DNA of 64,000 bases from the NCBI GenBank assembly GCA_963813715.1, contig CAWFAK010000016.1, forward strand, positions 288,001-352,000, given 5' to 3'. Below the pieces are notes generated by a model. That model was not told the DNA's origin. It saw only the letters and a program-made list of their open reading frames with translations, and did no database searches. This DNA is from an uncultured Planctomycetaceae bacterium. Its GTDB lineage: Bacteria > Planctomycetota > Planctomycetia > Planctomycetales > Planctomycetaceae. This document shows positions 9,687 to 22,282 of this stretch, one piece after another. The translations under genes and the position numbers were made by a program. Numbering within the stretch: position 1 is the stretch's first letter; each line of letters begins with the position of its first letter.

Positions 9687-12600
9687 AGATCACGAAGATC
9701 GAGGTCGATCGCTTTGGCGTCTGGCGGCAGTTGAACCTGCCGGTCTCCGGCCGCGGGCTGACTGTTTTCTACGGACCGAACGAAGCCGGCAAGACGACCC
9801 TGTGGCGATTCATTCGCAGCGTCCTCTATGGGTTCGAGCCGTTCGAGGTCGATCTGGAAACCGGTACGCCGCAACCAGTGCGGTGGGAAGGCGCCCTGCA
9901 GGTCGCCTCCGCGGCGGCCCCCTATTCGATCCATCGCATCTCCGATCGCGGCACGCGCGGGCTCGTGTCCGTCGTCGGGACCGATCGGCAGGAACCGGCC
10001 GAGGCCCTGTTGGCCGAACTGCTGTTCCGGACGAACGAATCGCTCTTCGAGAACGTTTTTGCCGTCGGTCTGAACGAGCTGCAGGAACTGGCCACGCTCG
10101 AAGATGACGAGGTCGCTCACCACATCTACGGTTTGACCCTCGGGCCGACCGGTCAAAAACTCCTCGATGCCACGCGGGCGCTCGGCGCTCAATCCGCCGC
10201 GGTCTTCGACGGGGCCACCCGTTCGGGCCGACTGGCCGACGTGCTGGAGCACGATCAGTCGCTCCGCGAGGAGCATGACGCGCATCTCGGACTGCGCGAG
10301 GAGCACGCGGACGCTGCGCCCGCCGGGCTCGCGTCGAGGCGCGGATCGAAACTCTCAAGCGACGGCGGTCGCAGCTCGAGCGGCAACATTCCGGTCACCG
10401 GCTGCTCGACCGCATCTGGCCCTATTGGCACCAGGTCCGCGAGATCGAGCATGAGCTGGCCGAAATCCCCGTCCTCACGAGTTTTCCAACACGCGCCTTC
10501 GAGCGGCTCGAACGGCTGGATACGGAACTCGAGTCTTTCACACAGGGGCGCGATCAGCTGTCGCAGGAAGTGGCCGCGATCCGCGATCGACATCGCGGCT
10601 TGGCGGCGGCACGAAACCTCAATCAGCATGCGGCGGGACTGGCCGGCTTCGTCGAGCACGCCGGCTGGTATCGCGACGCGTCCCAACAAGCGGCGGCTGC
10701 CCGCGCCAAGGCGGGCGAGTGCCGGGAGCGGCTCGACAGCGCCGTCCAGGATCTGGGCGAGGGATGGTCGGCCGCTCGATTGGAGCGGATCGACACGAGC
10801 CCGGCCGCGCACCGCCGGCTGCTCGCTGCGGCGGACCGTTTTCGCTCGGCGTTGCGTCGACGTCATCGACTGGCCCGCCGCCAAAAGCTTCTGAATCGGT
10901 CCGTCCGCAAACAGGCTGCGCTGCTTGATGAGCGACTGAAGCCGCTGGGAAATTCTTCGATCGAACAGGCGATCGTCGAACACACGACGCGGCTGCAGCA
11001 CTTAAACGAGCTAAAGCGGCTGCGCGAGCGGGCCGCGGATCTCGACGCCCGGCAACGCGCGCTGGCCGAACATGCGGCGGCGGACGGAGCCGAGATGCCG
11101 CCCTGGATCACGAAGTTTCTGATGCTGCTGGCTGGAAGCGGCCTGCTGGTCACGCTGGTCGGCGCCTATCAGGCGACGGCCGCCGTCGACGTCGTCGCCG
11201 GACTCGGCCTGACGTTCATCGGCTGCACCGGCCTGGGCCTCGCCTGGGGCTTCAAACGCCATCACGACGCGCAAACGATTGGCGACGCCGAACGCGTCAA
11301 AGAGCGCGACAAGATCGCCGCCCAGATCCGCGAGACAACGGTGGCCATCGCCCGGATGGATGCCGTGGTGCCACCGGCTGTCCCAATTCCACCAACAACC
11401 TCGGTAGCTGAAGGCTCAGCGGAAAATACCCCGGCGATCCAGCCGCCAGCGAGCGGAACTGTCGGCGATGCGGGCGCAGCGACACTTTCCCCCGAAGCAG
11501 AGCACGAACGGCACGTCAAACACGCGACCGATCGCCTGGCCGACTTGCATTCCTGCGATCGTGCTCGGCGGGCGATTCAGATGCGTCGCAAACGCATGAC
11601 CGAATTGCGTTCGCGATTCCAATCGGTCCAACGGTCGCTCAGTGCCGAACGACAGAGCTGGTGCCTGTCGGTGAAGGAAAACGGCCTGCCGGAAACAGTG
11701 AAGATCGCCGAGGCCCTGGAGACCTGGCATCGCATCGCCGACGCCCGCGAGCACTTGCGAGACACGAAGGCCGCGTCCGACGAAGCCGATCAGCTGCAAC
11801 GCCAGCTCGATTCGTTTGAAGAGCGGATGCGGGACACCGCCCGCAAGGCCGGCAAAAATCCGGACGAGCAAGTCCCCTCGCTCGAGACGCTGTCGGCCTG
11901 GAGCCGCGAACTCGAATCGCTGGGCAGCGTGACCGAAGAGGCGCGGCGGTCGCATCGAGAGCTGTGGCAGCATCGCCGGAAACGACGGCAGGCCGGGCGA
12001 CGCGTGCAACTGTTGCGGTTGCGCCGCGTGGCGCTCTTCGCCAAAGGAGGGGCCGGCAGCCGTGCCGAGTTCCTCGAGCGGGCGGGCTGGGTGCAGCGTC
12101 GGGCCGAGTGCCAAGAGCTGCTGGCCGCTGCCCAGGATGAGCTGCGGGCGGCCGGCGAGAGCGAGCCGGACCTGGCGATCGTCGAGGACGATCTGGTGCA
12201 GTTCAACGCCGAAGAAAACCGCGAGAAGATCGAGTCTTTGGCCGCGGAGCTGGAGCAGATCGAGCGAGACTTGCACGCGGCTTTTGAAGAGCTGGGCAGC
12301 GTCAAGCAGTCGCTGAAATCGCTCGAGGCGAACGTCGAGGCCAGCCGGCTGCGTTTTGAGGCGTCGCAGACGCGGCACGAATTGAAGCGGACGGTCGAGC
12401 AGTGGCTGGGGCTGGCGCTGGCTCGGCAGGCGCTCGACCGCGTTCGCTCGAACTTCGAGCGCACTTGCCAGCCGGCCACTTTGGCCTCAGCCTCGCGTTA
12501 TCTCGAGCGACTGACGCGGGGCCGTTACCGAAATATCTGGACGCCGCTGGGACAGCGCGAGCTGCGGATCGACGACGAGCGCGGGCATACGCTCACGGTC

Positions 12601-12900
12601 GACAAGCTCAGCGGCGGCACGCGGGAACAGCTCTTCCTGGCGGTGCGGATGGCGGCCGTGCGGCAGCTGGCCCAGCAGGGTGTCGAGCTGCCAATGGTCT
12701 TCGACGACGTGCTGGTCAACTTCGACCAGCTGCGGACGGAAGCGGCCGTAGAAACGCTGCTGGAGTTCGCGGAGCAGAATCAGCAGGTGCTGTTCTTCAC
12801 GTGCCACCTGCACCTGGCCCACATGTTCGAGGCGCGGGGCATCGCGCCGGTCTGGCTTCCCGCACAGAATCTGCCGCACCAGGAACGGCGAGCGGGATAG
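9683..12900 (+). CDS. YhaN-like Rad50/SMC-type coiled-coil ATPase with central TM hairpin, apparent frameshift ~10320
   Basis: Walker A GPNEAGKTT, signature LSGGTREQL, Walker B/D-loop VFDDVLVNFD, H-loop FTCH, long coiled coils. Confidence 0.88.
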
Positions 12901-12998
12901 AATTCCTGATCACCCATCGTTGAATCGACAAAGCCGATCGGCGTCGCCCATCCGCGACCTATCGGTGACAAGATCACGCAGCCAAGGAATGGAACCCC

Positions 12999-14860
<1,862 letters not shown>

Positions 14861-14977
14861 CGCTTGGCGCGACCCCCAGTCGCCCCCTCGGCACCCAAGG
14901 TGCGTCCGCGGTTGATGGTATCTCGCGAGTTCGACGCGCGCACCGGTCCATGGTGTAGAATAGGTGGGGGAGGATCT

Positions 14978-15331
14978 ATGAAATTTGACGAATGGCTATC
15001 CAATCTTCCAATCCACCAGACGCCGAAAGGCGCCCGGCTCGATCTACGGCTGTACGTTTACCCGGACGGACACGGAGATTTCTGCGCACAAGATGAGACC
15101 GGCCGAGTTTGCGCGAATCCGCAGCCCGTTAACAATCCGGCTGAGGCGCGAGATGTCCTGGAGAGAATCTGGGACCGGGCGATGACGCCCAAGGCAGGCT
15201 CGGAGGCCTCCGCGACGCAGCCGCCGACTCTCGCGGCGCAGTTCGCCGACGTGATCGGAACAGTGCCGGACCTTCCAACCGACATGGCGCAGCAGCATGA
15301 CCATTACGTTCACGGCGTTGCCAAGTCATGA
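14978..15331 (+). CDS. Putative antitoxin
   Basis: GGAGG RBS; C-terminus DVIGTVPDLPTDMAQQHDHYVHG; ATGA overlap with the PIN gene. Confidence 0.7.
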   Translation: MKFDEWLSNLPIHQTPKGARLDLRLYVYPDGHGDFCAQDETGRVCANPQPVNNPAEARDVLERIWDRAMTPKAGSEASATQPPTLAAQFADVIGTVPDLPTDMAQQHDHYVHGVAKS

Positions 15332-15732
15332 GCCCCGTGTTCGTCGACTCGTTTTACTTCTTCGCGATTCTAAATCCGGCCGACGCGGCGCATGGGGACG
15401 CAGTCGAGTTCTCGAAGCGACTTGCCGCTCCGCTGGTGACGACGACATGGATCGTGGCCGAGCTCGCCGATGGGCTGGCACGCAGTTCAAGTCGGAGCAC
15501 GGTCAGGCGCGTCGTGTCGAGCTTCCGAGCTGTCCCCGCCAACGAAATTGCGGCGACAACGGATGATTTATTCGAGCGCGGGCTGGAGTTGTACCACTCA
15601 CGCACAGACAAACATTGGTCGCTGACCGATTGCATCTCGTTTGTCGTCATGGCGGAACGGGGCATTCGCGACGCACTCACCGGGGATCATCATTACGAGC
15701 AGGCAGGGTTCACGGCCTTGCTGAAAGCGTGA
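15328..15732 (+). CDS. vapC: PIN-domain (VapC-family) toxin
   Basis: VFVDS, IVAEL, WSLTDCISFVVM, ALTGDHHYEQAGF; acidic catalytic residues present. Confidence 0.9.
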   Translation: MSPVFVDSFYFFAILNPADAAHGDAVEFSKRLAAPLVTTTWIVAELADGLARSSSRSTVRRVVSSFRAVPANEIAATTDDLFERGLELYHSRTDKHWSLTDCISFVVMAERGIRDALTGDHHYEQAGFTALLKA

Positions 15733-15743
15733 CGGTGGAGTGA
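15726..15743 (+). repeat. 18-bp direct repeat, copy 2
   Basis: Identical to the last 18 nt of glmS; contains the vapC stop codon. Confidence 0.9.
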
Positions 15744-15854
15744 AGTCCGCCGCGAAAAAGTAGATTTCAGCGGAGCGGTCGCGTCCACGGTGGGCATCTC
15801 GCCGCGGAGCGTCTACAATTCGTCGAAAACACGGCGCGCTCCAGGTCTCCGTTC

Positions 15855-16802
15855 ATGCCCATGCAAATTCTGTTGGCCAACCCGCGCGGCTTCTGTGCCG
15901 GCGTCAACATGGCCATCGATTGCCTCGACGAGGCAATCCGGATGTTCGGGCCGAACATCTTCGTCTACCACGAGATTGTGCATAACAAGTACGTGGTGGA
16001 TCGCTTTGCCCGACAAGGGGTTACGTTCGTCGAGGAGATTTCGCAGGTCCCCGAGGGATCGCTGCTGCTCTATAGCGCCCACGGCGTCTCCCCGCAGGTG
16101 CGTGCCGAGGCCCGTGCCCGCCGCCTGCAGACGATTGACGCCACCTGTCCGCTGGTGACCAAGGTCCATCTCGAGGCCCTGAAGTTCGCCCGCGAGGGTT
16201 ATCACATCGTGCTGATCGGGCACGAGGGGCATGACGAGGTCATCGGCACGATGGGTGAGGCCCCGCGAAGCATCACGCTCGTGGAGAGTCCGGCCGAAGT
16301 TGACGCGTTACCGTTTTCGCCGGACGCCAAGATCGCCTACCTCACGCAGACCACACTGAGCATCGACGAGGCGAATGCGGTGATCGAGCGGTTGCGGCTG
16401 CGTTATCCGCAGATCGCGTCGCCCCCCAAAGAAGACATCTGCTACGCGACTACGAACCGTCAGCAGGCCGTTTCCGAGTTGATTCCGCAAGCGGACGTGC
16501 TGATCGTGCTGGGCAGCCAGAACAGCTCCAACAGCCGGCGGCTGATGGAGATCGGCCAGTCGTGCGGCAAGCCGGCCTACCTGATCGACGGTCCGCACGA
16601 ACTGCGGCCGGAGTGGTTCGACAACTGCGAAATCGTGGCGATCACGGCGGGAGCGAGCGCTCCGGAACAAGTTGTGCAGGAGTGTATCGACTATCTGGTC
16701 GATCGCTTCCGGGCCGAGGTCCGCGAACTGACCTTCCGGTCCGAAAATGTCAACTTCCCGCTGCCGCGCGAGCTGCGGGCTTTGAAGAAGGCACACGCCT
16801 GA
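15855..16802 (+). CDS. ispH: 4-hydroxy-3-methylbut-2-enyl diphosphate reductase
   Basis: PRGFCAGV, EIVHN, SAHGV, DATCPLVTKVH, ICYATTNRQ, NSSNS, TAGASAPE. Confidence 0.97.
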   Translation: MPMQILLANPRGFCAGVNMAIDCLDEAIRMFGPNIFVYHEIVHNKYVVDRFARQGVTFVEEISQVPEGSLLLYSAHGVSPQVRAEARARRLQTIDATCPLVTKVHLEALKFAREGYHIVLIGHEGHDEVIGTMGEAPRSITLVESPAEVDALPFSPDAKIAYLTQTTLSIDEANAVIERLRLRYPQIASPPKEDICYATTNRQQAVSELIPQADVLIVLGSQNSSNSRRLMEIGQSCGKPAYLIDGPHELRPEWFDNCEIVAITAGASAPEQVVQECIDYLVDRFRAEVRELTFRSENVNFPLPRELRALKKAHA

Positions 16803-16804
16803 GC

Positions 16805-16855
16805 GTTCCAGGACAGACGCAGTTCCAGCACACGCGCCGCTCCAGGACCACGTGA
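16805..16855 (+). repeat. Three imperfect 17-bp tandem units filling the intergenic space
   Basis: GTTCCAGGACAGACGCA / GTTCCAGCACACGCGCC / GCTCCAGGACCACGTGA. Confidence 0.6.
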
Positions 16856-17152
16856 ATGAATCTCGACGACGAAAAACTGGTCAAGCTGACGACCGTCCCC
16901 GGCGAATTCGAAGCCACCGCCATCGTGAGCGCGCTCGAAGCCGAAGGTATCAAATCCCAAACGGTTGGCGGATTTATCGCCGGTTTCCGCGCGGAAGTGC
17001 CGGGCGGCGTCTCGGTGGTCGTCCTCGAAGACGATCTGCCGCGAGCGAAGCAAATCTTCGCCGACTTGAAGGCGCATGGAGCGGGGATCGACTGGTCGCA
17101 AGTCGACGTCGATGATCCCGACGGCGGCGAGTCACCGTCTGGTGAAGCGTGA
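16856..17152 (+). CDS. DUF2007-like putative signal-transducing protein
   Basis: FEATAIVSALEAEGI...VVVLEDDLPRAKQI pattern. Confidence 0.75.
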   Translation: MNLDDEKLVKLTTVPGEFEATAIVSALEAEGIKSQTVGGFIAGFRAEVPGGVSVVVLEDDLPRAKQIFADLKAHGAGIDWSQVDVDDPDGGESPSGEA

Positions 17153-17258
17153 CGCTCATCGCTCTATCCTGAGTTCTGCAAGCGCGTTACGATAAGGAAG
17201 TAGCCTTGTTCCAATACACGGAACAAGTAAATCCCTGCCTTAGCGTGAATGCCCGCAC

Positions 17259-17498
17259 GTGAAACACATCGCGTTGGAATCCGAAGACGATCACGTGAAG
17301 CAGTTCGTGCTGTCGTTGCCGCGCGACTCAGAAGGCTCGGTCCTCGAGCTCGACGGCAAACCGTTGGCGCGAGTGATTCCGATCAACGGAGAGCATGCTT
17401 CGTTCGACCCCGAGAAGTTGCGGGCGGCGATCCTGGCTCGTCGCGACGAATCACGTCGAATGAACGACGATTGGGAACACGCGGAACGCGGTCAGTAG
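17259..17498 (+). CDS. Small hypothetical protein, antitoxin-like, no adjacent toxin
   Basis: SVLELDGKPLARVIP resembles a Phd-like beta motif; upstream inverted repeat at 17205-17227. Confidence 0.55.
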   Translation: MKHIALESEDDHVKQFVLSLPRDSEGSVLELDGKPLARVIPINGEHASFDPEKLRAAILARRDESRRMNDDWEHAERGQ

Positions 17499-17510
17499 GT
17501 GACTGCTGAT

Positions 17511-19643
17511 TCACTCCGCGTGCGGCGGGCCGAGCTTCCATTCTTCGTCGAAGAAGTCGGCCGCGGCCATCTTGCCGGGCCAGTCGTCGCCCGGTGGCGT
17601 GCGGATGTCGACGATGGCCCAGTCGGGCAGCATGGGGATTTGCAGCGCGTTGCTCATGTCGGCGTGTTCCCGGAACGTGAAGCCGCTGTTGATCACCACG
17701 TAACGATCCGGGTTGAGCGGGTTAGGGTAAATCAAGATCGGCACGTGATGGGCCGCGTCGTAGTGGCGGGCGCCGGCCGTGATTTGGCCGCCTTCTTCGC
17801 GAATCGGCAGCTTGTCGGCAATCCGCGCGATCACTGAGTTGCTGGACGCATCGCCCCACAGGATCAGGTTTTTGGAGGCGATGTCGGTCTCGGTCACGTC
17901 GCGGTCGTCGACCACCCGCGGTGAACCGCGAAACTGCCGGCGCCAGCGGACGACGGCCCGATCGAGTTCGTGCTGCACCCACGTCTCGACGTCCGGGTGG
18001 GTCGACTTTCCGGTCGGACGCACGAATAGGAACGGCTCGAGAAACGCATCGTCGATTGGCCCCTGCAAACCGTGCCGCTTCCGCAGGCCGGCCGCGGGCA
18101 GCGGTCCGGTCTTCCACTGCCTTCCCTCCCGATGGACGGTGACGGTCCAGCTGCGGTCGCTGTGGGTGAGCGAGGGGACCTGCAGCACTTGCGGCTCGCG
18201 GGCGTTGCTGTCGACAAGCGGCGGCAGAAATTGCAGCGAAACTTCCTTCTGCACCGACGGCCGAATCGGTGCATAGCCGGGCGGAATACTGACCGTGAAC
18301 GCCTGCACGTTCTCGGTCGCGAACACGATGTTCCCGCTCTCGTCGGCATGCCCCTCGACCCGCGCCCGCTCCCAATGGTGGTCGAGCGCATCGACGGTGA
18401 TCCAGGCACACTTGTTGTAACGCAGCGTGTAGGTCGTGAAGCGGACGCCTTCCGGCAGCGTCTCCCGCCCATGCTCGGCGAGCTGCGCGATCCGCCGGTC
18501 GACTTCCAGGCGGGCCTGCGGGTGGTATTGATGCTTGGTCTTCGGGCCGATCACGTGGACTAGCTCGAGCCCGTACGGCTTCATCGCCTCGGCCATGATG
18601 TCGGCGGCTTGCTTCTGCGAATCGATCTCGCCGGAATAGGCGACGGTCGGGCAGTGCCAGAGATTTTCGGCCCAATCGGTCGCGTCGTACCAATGAAACA
18701 GCTTGGTTTCCCACCACGTGGGTGTCAGAGGCTCGTGATGAAACACGTTTGCAAAGACCGGCGTTTCGGCGAAGCCGGCCCCCGGATTGGCGGCCGCCCA
18801 AAGGCTGGGATAGTGGACGGCCAGGTGCCAGGTCGAGGCGCCCCCCATCGAGAAGCCGCGAACCACGATCCGGTCGTCATCGATGCGATAGCGTTCCTTC
18901 ACCGAAGCCAGGGCCTCGAAGACGTCGACCTCGCCGGCGAACTTGTTGGCGTTGCAATAGCGCCCGTACGGGTGCAGCACGATCGTATCGGGCGGAGAAA
19001 AGGTGCCGACATTCTTCTGCCGGTCGCGGAGGAAATTGACCTCGCTTAAGTTCTCGCCCCGCCCGTGAAACCAGAAGTCGAGGCGGAACTTGTCGTTTCC
19101 GGCCGATGTGTAGGACGCGGGCACGACGAGGCCGTAGGGCTGAATCGAGTCGTCGAGCTTGGATCGATAGCCGCGGACCACCAGGCCGTGCGCTTCCGTC
19201 CACGGCGCCTTGTTCTCTTTGAGCGCGGCGGCGCGGGCTCGCCCTTCGCGGAGCTCATCGGCGGCCCAATCGAACTCTCGCGGATTGAAGAATTCTCCGT
19301 CGGTCAGCGCGTTATGCACCGCTTGCCAGAAGATCTGCACGTCGGGCAGCAGCGAGCGGACTCGCGCCGACGAGTGTTTGCTCAGCTCGCCGATCTCTTC
19401 GCCGAGCGCGTTCAGGTCCTTTTCGAGCGCCTCCCTCTCTTCGGGTGGCACGGCGATTCCGGCCGGAGGAATCCGCTTCGGTCCCTTAGGTGCCGCGGCC
19501 GGCGTGGGAGGGGCGGCCGCCACTGGAATCGCAGCCGCCGCGATCAACAGCGAACACGCCACGATGGCGACAACACCATGCAGCCGGCTATCGCGGGCCG
19601 AAAGCGAGGTGCGGAATCTCAGACGCGGACTGATGCGTGTCAT
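17511..19643 (-). CDS. Secreted alpha/beta-hydrolase (prolyl oligopeptidase/esterase-like)
   Basis: Signal peptide, FWFHGRG, nucleophile motif GFSMGG, YSGEID, acid/His region. Confidence 0.8.
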   Translation of the reverse strand: MTRISPRLRFRTSLSARDSRLHGVVAIVACSLLIAAAAIPVAAAPPTPAAAPKGPKRIPPAGIAVPPEEREALEKDLNALGEEIGELSKHSSARVRSLLPDVQIFWQAVHNALTDGEFFNPREFDWAADELREGRARAAALKENKAPWTEAHGLVVRGYRSKLDDSIQPYGLVVPASYTSAGNDKFRLDFWFHGRGENLSEVNFLRDRQKNVGTFSPPDTIVLHPYGRYCNANKFAGEVDVFEALASVKERYRIDDDRIVVRGFSMGGASTWHLAVHYPSLWAAANPGAGFAETPVFANVFHHEPLTPTWWETKLFHWYDATDWAENLWHCPTVAYSGEIDSQKQAADIMAEAMKPYGLELVHVIGPKTKHQYHPQARLEVDRRIAQLAEHGRETLPEGVRFTTYTLRYNKCAWITVDALDHHWERARVEGHADESGNIVFATENVQAFTVSIPPGYAPIRPSVQKEVSLQFLPPLVDSNAREPQVLQVPSLTHSDRSWTVTVHREGRQWKTGPLPAAGLRKRHGLQGPIDDAFLEPFLFVRPTGKSTHPDVETWVQHELDRAVVRWRRQFRGSPRVVDDRDVTETDIASKNLILWGDASSNSVIARIADKLPIREEGGQITAGARHYDAAHHVPILIYPNPLNPDRYVVINSGFTFREHADMSNALQIPMLPDWAIVDIRTPPGDDWPGKMAAADFFDEEWKLGPPHAE

Positions 19644-19654
19644 CGGTGGAGTTC

Positions 19655-20098
19655 TCAAGTTCGGGGACTGGAAATCAGCAGGGCGACGTTGCCCCAAGGC
19701 TCGTCGCTGGTCGTGGGGATGGTGCCCGGGTCGAACTCGACGCTGAGCAAGTTGGTGGGTTCCAGGCGGGACATTTCGAAGACCGAATCTGCGGCGATAT
19801 CGGATGCTTGCCGGCCCAGGCGAGTGCCGTTGAGGCGAACGTCTGCCCCAGTGGGCAAGTCTTGGACGGCGACCGACACCCGGTCGTCCGGTCCGAGATT
19901 AGTCGGGCAGTGAAACCGCCGACTCAGCCGGATTCGACCTGCACCGGCGTCAACCAGCTCGTCTCGCAGGGCCGGCAGTCGCACCGTGCGGGCAGGAGTC
20001 GTGGTGCCGGTCGGAATCTGGGCGACTGCCTCAGGTTCGCTACGGGCGTCGAGTTCCAGGAGCCAGGGGCCGCGAAGCCGAATCCGATGCACCGTCAT
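19655..20098 (-). CDS. Hypothetical protein, beta-sandwich / GH2 sugar-binding-like
   Basis: HRIRLRGPW, RRFHCPTNL, VRLNG...NLLSVE; co-oriented with the hydrolase. Confidence 0.65.
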   Translation of the reverse strand: MTVHRIRLRGPWLLELDARSEPEAVAQIPTGTTTPARTVRLPALRDELVDAGAGRIRLSRRFHCPTNLGPDDRVSVAVQDLPTGADVRLNGTRLGRQASDIAADSVFEMSRLEPTNLLSVEFDPGTIPTTSDEPWGNVALLISSPRT

Positions 20099-20567
20099 GT
20101 TCGACACGAGCAGTTCCCCGGCGTGCCGGTTGCGGCGCGGCCCGTTCCCGGCTTTTCGATGTCACAGGGGCGATAATACGGGACGGGCTGTGGGGCATCC
20201 AGGTGGGGCATCCAAGTGTCGCCCTGGCCGGTTCGTCGCGGGGCTGAATTTGGCGGGCAAAATCCGCGGCCGCAGGGCCGCCGGACCCGGATTCTTCACA
20301 TTCAGGGGCGCCGAAGTCGCGCTAGCGTCTTAAGATGAGAGCGACTATACTCCCAGCCCCAACCCGGACCCGGGACAGTCCGGCGGCCGGCCAGGACACG
20401 CTCGCGCAAGCCACCTGGGTGGAAGGGCGTGCCATTCCGAGCCGCGTGATTTTTTCAGCAGTGGGTCGCCGACTGAACACGAATCTCGATTCGGTTCCTT
20501 GACGGGGCGTCCGCCGAGCTGCCCGCGCGAGAGCGCGTCGTCGGACTTCTTACGGGGTTGTCGAGTG

Positions 20568-21711
20568 ATGCATCAATCCACGGTCCGCGTCGAAGGCACG
20601 CCCGCTGCCGGCCCGACCGCTCAAGAGATTTCTCAATTGCGAAATCCGTCCGCGCCGACGCCCGCGAATCCGACGCCCCCGCCGGGCGAACCGGCCAAGG
20701 CCGGCACCTTCGTCCTGCGGCGAAAGACCAATTCGCTGATGGGCGTGCAGATCGTCGGCACCGGCTCCTACGTGCCCGACAACGTCATCACGAACGCCGA
20801 CCTCCTTCGCGAAAACGGCTTCGATCCCGAATGGATCGAGCAGCGTTCGGGCATTGTCGAACGCCGCCGTGCGTCGGCCAATCAGGCGACCAGCGACTTG
20901 TGCGTCGAGGCGGCAAAGCGGGCGCTCGCCGCAGCCGGCCTGGGGCCGAAAGACGTCGACCTGCTGATCATCGGCACGTTCACGCCCGACCACTTTTGCC
21001 CCTCGACTGCCTGCCTCGTGCAGGATCGGTTGGGACTCGCTTGCCCGGCCTTTGATCTGTCGGCCGCCTGCTCGGGATTCATGTACTCGCTCTCGACCGC
21101 GGCCCAGTACGTTGCCACCGGCAATGCGACGACGGCGTTGGCCCTGGGAGCCGACACCAACACCCGCTTCATGAATCCGACCGACCAGCGCACGTATCCC
21201 CTATTCGGCGACGGCGCGGGTGCGGCCGTCGTCACCCGCGGCACTCCCAAGCAGGGGCTCTTGTGCTATCAGCTTGGCGCCGACGGCGGCGGCGGGCCGC
21301 TGTTGGTGATTCCCGCGGGCGGCACGCGCGAGCCGACCAGTCCGGCGAGCGTGCAGGCCGGCCGGCAATACGTCCACATGGACGGCCGCAGCGTTTTCAA
21401 GTGGGCCGTCCGCGCTGACCGACACGATCCAACTCGTGCTGGAACAATCCAATCTCGGCGTCAACGACGTCTCACAGTACATCCTCCACCAGGCCAATCA
21501 GCGAATCATCGACGCAGCCGTTGATGCCCTCAAGATTCCGCGCGAGCGGGTCTTCAACAACATCCAACGCTACGGCAATACGTCGGGCGCATCAGTCCCG
21601 ATCGCCCTCGACGAAGCTTTTCGCGCCGGCCGCATTCACCCGGGCGACACGCTCCTCCTAAGCGGCTTCGGCGCCGGCCTAACCTGGGGCACGGCCGTCT
21701 TTCGCTGGTAG
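20568..21711 (+). CDS. fabH: 3-oxoacyl-ACP synthase III, apparent frameshift ~21415
   Basis: GTGSYVP, DLSAACSGF, LFGDGAGA, HQANQRI, YGNTSGAS, GFGAGLTWG. Confidence 0.95.
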
Positions 21712-21812
21712 GCGGCCGACGTCGCGAGCCGGTCCTGTCAGCCAAGTCTCCGCGGGCGCCCTGGAGTTCCCCAGCCCCGAACGTGCGCCCCCGTTTCCGT
21801 TACAATCGCGGC

Positions 21813-22067
21813 ATGACGAGACAACGCATAGTGAGGATTGGCGTAGCTGCCGCACTCCCGCTCATCGCTTACGTCTGCGGGTACTTCGCGCTCAGCCATT
21901 CCACGACCAGTCCCGGACGAACGGTCCGAACGTTCAACTCAACTCGGATCGCATTCGCGTACCTGCCTCTTGGCTACTTTGAATCCAAGATTCGACGGCG
22001 CGCGATCTGCGTGGGAATGCCAGGCCAATCGGAGTTCGGTGAGCGGATGATTTGCATCGAGCCGTAG
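21813..22067 (+). CDS. Small membrane-anchored hypothetical protein (possibly leaderless mRNA)
   Basis: N-terminal TM; TACAAT -10 box ends 6 nt before the ATG. Confidence 0.55.
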   Translation: MTRQRIVRIGVAAALPLIAYVCGYFALSHSTTSPGRTVRTFNSTRIAFAYLPLGYFESKIRRRAICVGMPGQSEFGERMICIEP

Positions 22068-22282
22068 GCCGTCAAGTCTTCAGGTCTGTTTCCGGCCGGC
22101 CAAGCGATTTCAAAGCGGACCTATGGTCCGACCTCCTGCAACGGCTCGATGTCACGCTCTCTGATTTTCAACCGCCGCGCCGAGGCACGATCCTCGGCCG
22201 TTTTTTTGCTGACGCGTGGGAGAGAACGATAGAATCAGGCGCACACTCCATTCATGAAGCATCGCGCCGAAGGGAGACAAAG

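Noticed and set aside
12901..12998. glmS ribozyme
   Set aside because: The intergenic region is under 100 nt and lacks a recognisable ribozyme core.
14861..15854. Tn7 insertion at attTn7
   Set aside because: No tns genes, TGT...ACA ends or 5-bp target duplication were evident.
17146..17154. AGCGTGACG at the DUF2007 stop as a third copy of the glmS-end repeat
   Set aside because: Only a 9-bp match, plausible by chance.
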